In this document: positions 23,600 to 35,692 of the stretch, piece by piece | Layout of the letters: each line of letters starts with the position of its first letter | How positions within the stretch are numbered: the stretch's first letter is position 1 | Assembly (NCBI GenBank): GCA_009602725.1 | Contig: WELB01000021.1 | Location: 679,502-743,501 of the forward strand | Origin: Spirogloea muscicola | Lineage: Eukaryota | Direction of reading: 5' to 3' | Length of the DNA: 64,000 bases | The notes under the pieces: generated by a model | What the model was told of the DNA's origin: nothing | The model's input: only the letters and a program-made list of their open reading frames with translations | Database searches by the model: none | Translations under genes and position numbers: made by a program

Positions 23600-25533
23600 C
23601 TAGATTCGCATGTTCATGAAGTCTAAGGGATCTAGTGGTGCAAAGCCATTGTCTGCCTCTGCTATTTCTCCAAAAGGCAGACGCCACTCATATTGCGCGT
23701 GCAAGACATGTGCCTTCTCTGGACCTGCTTCTGACTGGGAGCTGAAGAAGGAGTCCACAGCCTCAGGTTTCGGGGAAAATTCCAGGGACTTGCTGGAGCT
23801 TGGTGTAGAACTGTAGTCCTCCATGTCCTCCGCCCCTGAGCCCGCTGCAGCGACATCAGCAAAGCCTGCATCCTGTCCCTCGAAGATTGCTGCGATGTCC
23901 ATGTTGCAATTTACATCAGCTTTGTGTGTGTACTGCTCACATGTGATGCATGGTAAGACGGGCCAACAAGCTGATGCTTTTGCAGTTGCTGGTGCAGGCC
24001 CCAAAGTCTGATGATCTCTGAACTGAGTAAGTGCGGCAGTGCTTGGTCCTCCTCTAGGTGGCGGATCAGGGCCTCTTGGACCGATGTCAATGGGTGGGCC
24101 CCCAGCCTGGCTGATAAGAGAGATCGTGATTGGGTTTGGGGGGGCAGCGTGGTTATGGTAGCCTCGATAAGTGACAACGAAGACATTTTTGTCGTCCTTC
24201 GAAACTTCCACTTGCTTCTTCGCCAGGCATGGCTGGTCAGAGTCCTCCAGACTGCAGCGGAAGTAGTTGCGGGGATTTGGCGAACTCTTGATGGGCTTCT
24301 TGCCGTATTTGCGCCAACTCCAACCATCGTCAGGAATTTGCTTCTCGTCGAAGGTTTCTGGAACTATCACTTGGATCTGCTTAGTGGGCACCTTTGGCCT
24401 GCAGAAGTTAGACTTTGCAGGTGTTAGTACACATGTGGATTGGAAAGTTATCACAGCTAGCTGCTCACACACCGTGGCAGCAATACATATTCGGATGACA
24501 TCCTATGTCGACGCAAGGAGACAGTGTTGTCGTATCGGTGTTGATGAGCTCAGACTTTTTGTGGTGAGCAAGCTCATGCAATGTGGCTCATTGCAATTGA
24601 CCACACCCAAGTCCATGTAGCACTCACTTTCTTGGAGATCGGCGACTGCCATCCATCCTGTCGCCATTGGAGCATCTGGTCCGCTTGACTCCGGCATTCT
24701 CGTCAGAACACTGGTTTAGAACATCAGCTCCCCTGTTGCAGTGTGATTCATTCGACGCCCTCTTGGCACTGGCTTGCATACGGACATCCTCCTCCATCTT
24801 TATGGGTAGCAGGGCTGAGTTTTCATCGAGGTAAGCCGTGCTCTTCTCACTGGAGGTCGTTGATGCAGGCATTGGGATTGGGGGTGCCATATGTGGGCCA
24901 AGGGCGTTGCTGCTGCATGCTCCCAGATGGACCCCTCGATCAAGGGCGAGAGAGGGAGAAGAAGCATGTGTACTGGCAACTCCCAGATGGCCTGCAAGGA
25001 CACGGAACTCCAGTAACTGCTCTTGGGCTTGCAGCAATGTTTTCGTGAGATCCACCAGCTGCCTCTGCCCAGTGCTTGCTGTACTCGTGGCTGCTGATCC
25101 CTTGAAAGACCTGCAACAAGTAGAAGAAGACGAAAAATTGAAGGAACCGCGAGCGCCAGTCATTGAAGCAGGCTCATCGCACAATGTAGCACACTCAAGC
25201 ACAGCAAGGTTCCAGGTAGCAACTGAGCAGATGGGCGCATATGTTCAAGCAGCCGTGTGGAGGGTTTTACAGAAGACTCGCTGCTGCGAAGGGCAGTCTT
25301 GCGCCTGAGTGCGGAGAGCTGTACCTAGCTGCAGCTGCGCATGGTGCCAACTGAGCGAGGTCGTGGCACATCTCCTGCTGGCAAGCAGAGCTCCTCTGAA
25401 CCCACAGCAGCTCGGCGAGAGCCGCGAGGTTGCCGACGGTGAGGCTGAGGGCGGAGGCGGCCTCCATGAGCAGGCGCGCGGCGTGACCTGGGTCCGAGCC
25501 GCCGGCGGGGCTGCCTCGGGGCAGCCGCGCCAT
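23600..25533 (-). CDS. WRKY: WRKY transcription factor, single domain, WRKYGKK variant with C-X8-C-X23-H-X-H finger
   Basis: The domain reads DDGWSWRKYGKKPIKSSPNPRNYFRCSLEDSDQPCLAKKQVEVSKDDKNVFVVTYRGYHNH. The last exon 24398-23600 joins in frame to exon ~25222-24628 via GTGAG/CAG. The join to the first exon (ATG 25533, donor ~25324) appears out of frame, so the 5' model is uncertain. Confidence 0.9.
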
Positions 25534-27259
25534 TCGGGAGACGGCGCAAGGGGCTTGGGAGAAGCGGGGGCGCTAGCTTAGCAATGGCTCGCTTAGCTGG
25601 GCCCTCCGCGACGAGGGGGAGCGGCCGGGGAGACGTTGCGGCGGTAGGTGGGCAATGCGGGCTTGTGCTGCGAGACGCGGCGCGTATGTGGGCGCGGCGG
25701 TGAGGCGGCGGCGGCGGCCCGCGCCGGAGTCTGTCCGGCCGACGGGCTCCGCCACTTAGCCACCGCCACAGCCGTTTATACGCGTCTTGGACTCCGCCTC
25801 CATGGGCGGGGCGCCCCCCGGCCGGGCGGGGGCCCGCCGCCAGGGTCAACGCCCCGCTCGCTAGCCTCCACGTGGAGCAGGCTCGAGGGTCCCACTTCCA
25901 GCCACCGTTCTGTGCGCAGTACCCGGCCCCGCTTCCTGGCCTCCTTCCGATACGCGTCGGGATTGCCACTGCTTGCTCTGCGCTGATAGCAGCCCATCCT
26001 CGAGACGCGACGCCTGCGTAAAATTAAAAGAAAGACTCTTCTAGTAGAGGGCGCTGGCTGTTGTTGGCCAGCCCAGAGAGATAAGAAGTCGGGTCAATTG
26101 TAGACACAGGCTCGCTTATCCTGCCTGGCCACTTGACAGGCTACCCGCGTATCTTGCGCCCACATCTGTGACGTCTTTTCCGCCTCCGAGTCGAGCGCAC
26201 CCTCAATCACGGATTGCAAGCTCCACTTCCATCTTCGCTGTCCATGACCGCCACCAGCACGGCGCTATTTTGAAGCTGGGCTTGCTTTCTATAGCCACTG
26301 CCCCCTAGAAGAGCCTCTTCTGCTTGAGCTAGCAATGCTGATCTTGTCCAAATGAAACTCAATCGACTTGCATGGTCTGAGGTGGCGGCTAATGCATATC
26401 CTCGATCTGGTGGCACGACCAACATTGCATGGAGAATCAAGAGGCAAGCTACCACGCCTTACATGTTCAATGGACCTGCACCAACCAGACCGCTTATTGA
26501 ATGTAGGGAGTGAAAGGATCTGACATAGGACGCAATCCACAGTTACACGGAGCCCGATTTTCTCTCTTATTCAGCAAAGCGAGAATTGTTCCTGTGAGGC
26601 TGGCTCTTGTTGACTGCAGCGTTGACTTGAACTTCATAAAGGCTGGCCCTGATGATCCCTTGCCGACTGCGGCAGTAAAAGAAGCAAGTCATGTGCCTCA
26701 AATGGCCCCATCACGCCTAACATGCGTAGCCTGTTGCATAAGCAGATGTTCACAGTCAAGGATCTGATGGTTTACTCAAGATGATGCACGACGACATTTG
26801 CTGTCACAGCCAAGAACGTCCCCTCAGGTACCGCACATGGAGCCTTACGTTCATGAAGGTACGTTGCTGTCAACGCTTGCATCTATGAGACTAACACTGA
26901 AGAAAAGCATGAGACAGGGAGAGGGAGAGGAGAGTGATGGAGGAGAGAGGGATACAGAGGAAGGAGAGAGGAGGAGAGGGAGAGAGAAGGAAAGCTGAAG
27001 GACTTGAGGCATCTACGATTCTCCAACGCTGCAAAAAGGCACTTGCATTCCGCTTAGTGCTGCCTCCGCCCTCCAGCATTCAACTTCAATGGTGGCTCTG
27101 ATGGGTTATCTGGGTTTTCTCCAAGTGCATGTCATACGTAAATGTTGGCCAATACTTGGGGGTGTATGGGATTGCGTGATTGTTGCCTTCTGAATTGCAT
27201 GCAATGCTGGATAAGCGTCGTGTGAGCTCATGGTTGCAAAGAAGAGTGACATGTATCGG

Positions 27260-27592
27260 GTGATGGAGGGCCTGAGTGACCAAAAACAAAGGGAAGCAAC
27301 ATCATATCGGGCAGGGCAATGCACAAGCAGGTGAAGAGGGCAGGCGTGATACAAAAGGAGCCCGGTGATTGTTTGCAGCAGCAAGCACGGTGGTGCAGCC
27401 ATGACGTCGATTGCAAAGTTTGGGCTCGAGAAGGTGGAACGAAGCTATACCTGCATCAGCAGTATGCTTGCCCAGAGGCAGCCTTCGTCAGAGCCCCGCC
27501 TCGCGCCGGCTTTAGGCACAGCGCTTGGCCCGTGCGCTCTGCTGTGGACGCCGCAGGTTGCTCAATGGCCGCTTGCTTGCTGCCTGAACGTG
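27260..27592. repeat. Second copy of the dispersed repeat at 4093-4430
   Basis: Colinear direct-orientation similarity. Confidence 0.75.
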
Positions 27593-27886
27593 GCAGTCGC
27601 AACAACTCCCTCCACTCTGCGCTGCCGGGGGTGCGCCCTTCTTGGCACCATGCCTCGACCATGACGGGGCGGCCGACTTGTCGCCCTAGGTCAATATCCG
27701 ATCTCACACTTGTACAGCGTTTCCAGCAGCCTGCACTCCGAGTAGACGGCGAACCTGAGATGATAAGTCGAGCCGGCGGCGGCCATGGCCGCGGGAGCGC
27801 GTCGCGACGAGCTTGAAGAAAATGCGGCTGCTGATATAAAAGGTAAAAGCCAGCCAGGTGCATTGAGCAGAGCGCTGCCTGGACGT

Positions 27887-27964
27887 CATAGGGCCCACGG
27901 CCCTACATCGGGCCCACGGCCCCACATCGGACCCACGGCCCGCCATCGGGCCCACGGCCAGCCC
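27887..27964. repeat. Minisatellite: four copies of ~18-19 bp CATCGGGCCCACGGCCC
   Basis: CATAGGGCCCACGGCCCTA CATCGGGCCCACGGCCCA CATCGGACCCACGGCCCGC CATCGGGCCCACGGCCA. Confidence 0.9.
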
Positions 27965-28234
27965 AGCTTGTCGGTGGTGCGTTGACCCCTGCGCGCGGGG
28001 TGAATGCGCGTGATTAGGCGGAAGGTCCTCGCCCGGCCGCCCGTTGACCTCCACATAGGAGCTTGTGGGAGGGAGCTGTTGATTTGACGAAGACTTCGCC
28101 ATCGAAGCTTCAGTTGTGGAGCGCACACTTCTCCAGCTCCTCGGTGCCCTCCTCGGGGAGCTCGAGGCAAGGTGTTCGCCCTTGACTTGGATGGCGCTGA
28201 GTTGAGCAGCTCGCTGCTGCCGCGTGCAGCATTA

Positions 28235-29965
28235 TCGCAGCAGCAGCAGCAGAGAGGCGCAGCTCAAACTCCCCGCCTAGGAGCACACTCCATAGGTCCA
28301 TATGGCGATGTAATAGGCTGCAAGGCTCTGCGTGTGTAACATCACCAGAGGCATTCACTTGGCATCCGACACATTGACCAGAACATTGTACAATCCGATG
28401 CTGAGGACTACAACTGCAGTGGTCAAGCGTGGCTCGATGCTCACGCTTCAGTAGATGCCGTGTCGCTTGATGGTACACCAAGGATGTAAATGACGGCTGA
28501 ATCACCCCTGAGCTTAATCCACACTCCATTCCTGAACAATTGACCACGACAAGAGTACCATACTTTATGGCTGCTCCTGCTTGTGAAGCTTCAAGCGCCT
28601 CCACTTGCTATATGACAAGTGTGAACATTCTTAGAGGCAGCCCATGCAAGTGAGTTACCTTCTTGACAAATCTGCAGCAACTCACATTGGCAAACCACTA
28701 GATGACAGTGTCATTGTTCCAATGGCACACAGAATGCATGATCTAGAAGCATATAGCACTTGCATCCATGCAAGAAAAGCACTTGCTCTCTACGAGAAGT
28801 AGTAACCTTCTTGAAGTCCTGCTCTTTGTTGTGGTATGAGAAGGTTATATTTATCAAGTGCGCACATTCTTAGAGGCAGCCCATGCAAGTGAGTCACCTT
28901 CTTGACAAATCTGCAGCAACCCACATTGGCAAACCACTAGATGACAGTGTCACTGTTCCAATGGCACACAGAATGCATGATTTAGAATCACATAGAACTT
29001 GCATTCATGCAAGAAAGCACTTGCTCTCTACGAGAAGTAGTAACCTTCTTGAAGTCCTGCTCTTTGTTGTGGTATGAGAAGGTTATATTTATCAAGTGCG
29101 CACATTCTTAGAGACAGAAAATGCAAGTGAGTCACCTTCTTGACAAATCTGCAGCAACCCACATTGGTAAACCACTAGATGACAGTGTCACTGTTCCAAT
29201 GGCACACAGAATGCATGATTTAGAATCACATAGAACTTGCAATCATGCAAGAAAGCACTAGCTCTCTACGAGAAGTAGTAACCTTCTTGAAGTCCTGCTC
29301 TTCGTTGTGGTATGAGAAGGTGGTCGTGACTATCAGAAATCTCAGCACCGCCGCTGCAGCAGCGGCGGCGAGGCGCAGCTCACACTCCCTGCTCGAGATC
29401 ACACTCCATACTTTCATATGGCGATGTAGTTGGCTGCAGAGACTCTGCGTGTGTAACATCAACAGAGTAATCTATAAAGCATCCGACACACTGACCAAAT
29501 ACTTGCATTTTTCGATGCTGAGGGACTGCAATGCAGTAGTCAAGCGTGGCTCGATGCTCACGCTTCAGTAGATGCTGTGTCACTTCATGATACACCGAGG
29601 ATGTGAACCACGGCTGGATCACCCCTGACAGTTGACCACGACAAGAGTACCATACTTTGTGGCTGCTCTTGCTTGTGAAGCTTCAAGCACCTCCACTTGC
29701 TGCAATACTCCACTTGCTGCAATACAAGTGCGAACATTCTTAGAAGCAGTCCATGCAAGTGAATCACCTTCGTGACTAATTTGCAGCAACTCACATCAGA
29801 AAAGCACTAGATGACGGGATCACTGTTCCAATGGCACACACAATCCATGAACTTGAATACCACAGAACATGCATTCATGCAAGATAAGCACTTGCTCTAC
29901 AGAATTTAGTAACCTTCTTGAAGTACTTCTCTCTGCGGTGGGATGAGAAGGTGGTCATGTTCATC
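28235..29965 (-). repeat. Compound tandem amplification A-B-B-B-A'-B' of a probable gene segment
   Basis: A ~238 bp unit B occurs at ~28616, ~28855 and ~29093, and diverged at ~29726. A ~380 bp unit A occurs at ~28235 and ~29355. On the minus strand B spans a GT...TGCAG intron-like segment. Confidence 0.9.
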
Positions 29966-32469
29966 AGAAAACCACATGGCCAGCTTAGATGCAAATTTCG
30001 CTGAGAGTTGGTGATAAATTCTTGCCTTTCCTGATTTGTGTATAATATGCTTCTGCAGACAAGAGTTCTGACCAGAACATAATAAACGTCTATCAGGAAG
30101 TCACGTCAGCTAGCACGTCTTCTGACAGTACAAATGAGTCATGGAAGCTGGGGTGCATGATTACATCGCTAAAACAATTGCAGAGCTTACTGTTCTTCTT
30201 CTTGCTTCAGGCCTGGAGAAGCAAACAGCACCATTATTGTTCTTGGGTCACTTCTGTTGTTGCAAGACAAGGTGGAGCCAGCTGTTCGCAAGTCTTTTGA
30301 CTGCAGCTGCTGTGAAAGCTCGCAAACGATTAGCTGTACCTTAAAACCTTAAAAATCCCCCAAACTCAACAGTACTGAAGGGCACTGTCGACCAGATTTG
30401 TAATGACCCGCAAGGCATTACACAAGAGGTTAAAGTCTGTCTGACAACAGTCGATGTGTTCTTGATACAGAATGCTTTGCTTACCGCACAGCAGCACAAG
30501 GAACAGTCGTTCATCAACCCTCCAGATTCCAGCCTACCGTAATGCACTCCGACAATCTTATGCAATCTACTGTCAATCAGTAGATGATGCTTAAGAGGAT
30601 GAAGTTGACATTGCATAGAGCCACAACTACCCGGCAACGAGCTCTATGGAACTCTATGGTAGGTGGTGGGACGTGCTAGGCTGCTATCTGGCACCTTCCA
30701 ACGAGCAGCCTTACCTTCGTTGGGTTCGGCACCGCAAGCTGTTGTCTGTGTGCGACACATGCTGTGAGTTGCAGTGTGGTGACGATTTAGGAGCTGCTGA
30801 AGCCAGATTGGCGAACACCAGGGCCAGCATATGTTGGTTGGCCATGCACAAGAATATTGTCACGTCCATGTATTGTTGCATACTCACCTGCACACTCTTC
30901 GTGCAGATATCTCCACAGGTTCGCTACACGCAACTGCTCGGACCTCGCTACACTTTCAAAGCAGAAGCAGCGGACCCAGCAGTCTCTGGCCAGACTCCTC
31001 TCAGCCGAAGGGGCTGCCCTTCAGACCTGTGATGACAAAGACGCGAGCTGTCTGCTCTGCTCCAGTAGCTGAAGAATCTGAATGTGAGCACATGTGAGCA
31101 TGTGTAAGCTGGGCTGCAGGTCTGGATGGCATATTGTGTGCTGGACGTAAGCATATGTCTTGAGACTCCTTGACTACGAAGTGCTCCGGCACAACTGCTT
31201 AGTACTGGCAGACTTCTTGAGCAAGCTGGGTGACTGCAGCATGTGCTGAGCAGGATGGCTGTGTATTGCCGCTGGCAGTCACCTGCAGTTTGTGGCTCTT
31301 AAGAGACAGGTAGTCAGAAGTTTCGGCCCTCTTCCTAGGACACGCTGGATGCCCTCAAACAAAAGGTGAAGGCACTGGCAAGCCTGCTGGCGGTGCTTGC
31401 AGATCTGGCTACGACCGCAATCAGCACATGTCTGGGTGCTTCTGCAGGCGGGCCAGTCCTTGGACGGCTGAATCAGCTTGTGCACCTGCAGTGTAGGCGA
31501 GGCGAGGCTGGCTTTTCCATCTGATCACCCACAAGCAGGAGAGGTGCATAGGCACATGCGAGCCTTAAGAGGGAAGGTTCTTCTCTGCAGAAGGCGGTGG
31601 CTGAGGAGAGCCAGCCTGAAAGCATGGACATATGTCTGCAAGGAGACCATAACAAGTGGACATAACCTCTGCATAGCGTGTGGCTGTTGCAGTAGCCACT
31701 TATGCCCTCGAATCACGACTGCCAGTCAGATTACAATTGCAGCAGGGAAGAGAGTTGCCACGCGAGTCCCAGAGGCGGCAGTCAAGGACAGAAGCTGCCA
31801 TGAAGATGCAGAATGCCAGCTTGTGAAATTCAAGAAGGGCTGCGTACGATACGAGGAGCGTGGATGCTGGCAGAGGCGCCGTGCACGCCGGAGTAGATGT
31901 GTGCATAGTAGATGCATGATGGAAATGGGCAAAAGGCCGTTAGCATCGGGAATTGCCCCGCGAATTGCCTCGAGACAATTCTCGCAGCCAATTGCGCACC
32001 CGCCTCACCACCAATCAGTGAGGGACTCACACTGTTGTGAGACTGAAGCGGCTGGCGGCAGCGCATGTGACTGCCATGTATGTGCGTCCATCCTCTCTCT
32101 TTCCTTCTCATAGCCTCCTCTCACAAGCCCAGTCACTCGCGCGCTTCAATCCATGCCGGTCCTCAGACTTGGTGAGACGTGCCTGTATCCGCAGTAACCG
32201 AATGGTGGTCATGACTGCTTGTTGGTACACGTCGCATGACCACCCCGATCGAGCTCAAACTGCTCAGCGAAAGCGCGGGAGGCTCCAGCAACCCCCCGTC
32301 CGGGCAACGACCGCACGGCAAGCGGCTGTGGGCGGTGCTGGCGCAGCAGGAGCCGGGAGGGACCCGCTTGGCCCGGCCGGCCGGCGGGCTGGCGGAGGCC
32401 CTCTCGCCGTGCAGGAGCCCGCCCGCCTCTTGGAAGCAGCTCTTTCAACGTAAGAAGTGTACAAGGTCT

Positions 32470-33480
32470 AGAAGGGCCGGCCTTGGATTCTTGTCGGGAC
32501 GACCGCGGAACGACCGCCGAAGGACGACCCGGCCTTGACGACCTCCAGAAAGACGGCGAGCATGAGCGGGTGCTCCTTTCTCTCTGCGCCATCCGGCTCC
32601 TTCAGACCTTGTCCATTCCTTTGGGCTGGCCTCTCACAGCCACCAGTCAATTGGGCCGCGCTTTCTTTCTCTCGGCCCCTTAGGACCTCTGTCGATCCCG
32701 TTTTGGGCTGGCCTTTCACAGCCATCGCCCCATCCTGGTTCTTGTAGTCTTGGGCTGACCTTTTCAAAGCCGTCGCCTTTCTCCAACTTACCTCTCCCTT
32801 TTCCGGTGCGTTTCCAGATGCATGACTCCAATGCTGAGTGTCGGTCATCGAACACCCATTCTGAAGTCACTCGCAGAGCTTGTGAAGTGAGCGCATCTTG
32901 GCACTTTGGCCTGTGTCCATCCTTTCCGGGATGGCTTTTCACAGCCCTCGCCTCCTTTGGTTCATTTCTTTTCTGGGCTGGCCCTTCACAGCACTTGCCC
33001 TCTACTGGAAGAGTCTCTCTCTCCCTTTGGAAAAGTCTACTTCTTCTCTTCGCTAAAAAAATTGATAGATGCTGTCCCAAAGGGGGAAGGCTGTGAACCA
33101 GCCAGCCCAACACAAATCTGACAAGGTCCGGTGGGGCCAGAAAGCGCTTTTCCAGAGCTTTCAAGGGAGGTTATACAGAGGACTGAGAAGGGCAGGCTTA
33201 AAAAAAGGTCTGTAAGAAGTGTCTGCGAGGAAGCCGCAACGAGGACAAACCCCTCAGCCTTGCGAGCGGCCGCTCTACAGTGAGAGGGCCGGAGCGGGCA
33301 TGTACAAGGCAAATGTAGTCGCGAACGCACGTTGTCGAGGTCCACTGCGATCGTTGGCTACCTGCTGGATGCTGAGCTGGCGTCGCCGCTCCCTTGGGCG
33401 CGGCGCAGCAACATGGCAGCAGGAGTGTGATCGCTGCCCCTGTCGCGGCTCCGCTCGTGCTGCCGCCGGCTGAAGCCCAA
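32470..33480. mobile_element. Island of CRE-like tails and a minus-strand C-terminal fragment
   Basis: Tail modules lie at ~32623, 32705, 32927, 32975 and 33088(-). The minus frame ...HCRAAARKAEGFVLVAASSQTLLTDL resembles the C-terminal SDL motif. Confidence 0.6.
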
Positions 33481-33659
33481 CAGACATGCCCAGGCCTTTG
33501 TCCTCGGGCTATTGTTCGCGGGTTCAGGCCCTGAGTGCAGTTACTGGGCGCCCAGGAGTTTGTATGCACATCTTGTCTAGTCTGCCTTTGATGTTCGTTA
33601 CCCTTTCCCTCCTGCTGCCTTAGGCATCTCTTCATCCTCTGCAACCTGCGGGGAGACTA

Positions 33660-34800
33660 GGCAAGCCCGTGTTTAATGATGATAGGTGCTGTCGAGTGAA
33701 GCGAAATACGACTCAATGTCCATCTTGAGCCCGCCCTTCAAGGCCAGGCGTGGGGTGGTAATTACTGTGATTAGTGATTGCACGCGCTCACAGCCATGCC
33801 GGTACTGACTTAATTACACTTGATGACAATTGAGGTGTGAACTTCGGCAGAGGGCAATATCCTGCTTCGGACTCGTTCATGGGAGGCCGCATAGCGCACA
33901 AACGATGTCAGCCTGCACTTGTGAAACATCTGGCAAGCTTTCCGCGTATGGTCAGTCGCTTATGCACCGTAGCTTCTTGCGCAGGAGGGGCACGGACTAT
34001 GACTGGAGAACCAGAGACATGGAAATCTTAGTAATCAGAAGGAAAGCTTCGACCCACCTCTAGATGAAGCCAATCGACGACTTCTCCAGGACGTAGGAAA
34101 TTTGACGAGTGTAAGCCCTTCACATTCTGGCAAGGTTGGAGAAGCATCACGTCAAGCATCATCAGACAAGCATCCTTGCAATCAGGGGCAAGACGCGCTT
34201 GCAAGCATGCTATGCGGTTGACAGCTTAGCAATGTCTAGGCTGATGTATCTCCTACTCATTCATTGTAATCGTACAAACACTCACAGCCAAGAGACAACT
34301 CATATGCTGGCTGTCTGAAGTACCTATCAAAGAGGAAGAAGATGCTCTGTGCAGCTTGCTCAATCTTACGGCAGCTCATATTTTTAGGATTGTCGGTATG
34401 GTCTTGTCTACAGCTTTGCCAATAAGAGACAGACTTGGATGTGAAAGCGGAGTAATTGCAGTCTCTTTTGTCATTCAGCAGACGTCCAACCAGGATAGTG
34501 GCGTGAAGCTCATTACACGCCTTGTTCAGTCAAGTGATGAAACATCCAAGCAAAAGCACGAAGACAGGATATCAGCACAGGCAGGGAGGGACACGCATGA
34601 CCCAAGAATAGCTTCCTCCGTATCATCATGGCACCCACACATCATGGGCTGTACTGGGGGTGCCCTGAGAATGCGAGCATAAGCTGCAACGGAGATCCTC
34701 AGTTTCCCGTGCCAACTTAGCACATAACTGCCATATCCTCCCGACTATGAAGGTCTGGTGAGGTAGTCAATTACCTGCTGTGAGATGGTGGCCTTCAGAA
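33660..34800 (-). pseudogene. Decayed paralogue of the divergent NAC gene at 42586-45549
   Basis: ISQQVIDYLTRPS*SGGYGSYVLSWHGKLR aligns to INDATLIEHLDAK...GGTGYTAEMHARLK, and PTSWRSRRLASSRG aligns to ATGWTMSEYRLTSSNG. Nucleotides 33846-33918 match the acceptor and ADIVLCAIRP exon at ~44000-44076. The 5' end is cut by a CRE-like insertion. Confidence 0.6.
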
Positions 34801-34802
34801 GA

Positions 34803-35000
34803 TTGACAAAGGTCGAAGGGGCCAGAGAAAGCCCTAAAAGACAGTGACTCAAGTGGCCACGAGGCACTCAGTAACCCCTGTTGGCAGCGGCTGGTCATAG
34901 AAACTAGTTCCTGGGTAGCGGGTCCTCTGGCCAGAGCCAGAGGCTGCAGTCAATGCGCGACCGGCCTTCAAGAGGTACTGCACATGGTGCCCGCTTGCAT
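34803..35000 (-). mobile_element. CRE-like 3' end (same family as 1-219) with tail truncated before the hairpin
   Basis: The minus strand reads LKAGRALTAASGSGQRTRYPG...RGY* followed by GGCCCCTTCGACCTTTGTC. Confidence 0.7.
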
Positions 35001-35534
35001 ACAGACGCAATGAATTCCTCCTTCTCACTTATTGTTGTTCTCCATTGATTTGCAGCTTGAGATGCTGCCTCAACGACTTATATGATAGACGCCAAGAAAA
35101 GAGACGACTTATGAAGCAAGCCTCTTACCCATTGCTATTCTTTCACTCTATTGTACTCCTTTTCACCTCCATTTATTTCAAGCCAGTGCAAAACCACGTA
35201 TAGTGATTGGATCTGTACTGCAGGCATGCTGGCAAGAGCATGTAGTACCACGCTCTCCTGTGTACTGCAAGGTGGTGTGTAAGCATAGACACGCTGACTT
35301 ACAAGTAGGCCACATATATGATGCTCAAGAAGGGAAGATAGGACTACACTGCTTACTTTCTAACAAGCTTCCTGTTCTACTGAGTTATCCTCTTCTTGCA
35401 ATTGCTTTGCTGAGACGTTGTCTTGCTAAGATGTGGTCAGCTTTACTCCACTCGCTGTTGCTTACATCATGGCACTCATAAGAAACAAACACGTCTATTT
35501 GTTGTAGCAACGCTCTAGAGAGACATCCTCTTCA

Positions 35535-35692
35535 AGGCAACAGCTGTGAGAGGCCAGCCCAAAAGCAATGGACAAGGTAAACGCGGCCGGAAGGCACAAT
35601 AGCAGGAACCTCTGTAATTTCTGCAAATGGGCGCTTACTCAGTTTCGAGTCAACAGATCTAGATCCGTATAAGCAGTGGGCGGGAATGCTCC
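35535..35692 (-). mobile_element. Short CRE-like 3' end
   Basis: FPPTAYTDLDLLTRN* is followed by CCTTGTCCATTGCTTTTGGGCTGGCCTCTCACAGC. Confidence 0.7.

Noticed and set aside
28616..29330. 238 bp tandem units as a CRISPR-like or satellite array
   Set aside because: There are no unique spacers, only three to four units, and each unit looks like duplicated exon/intron sequence.
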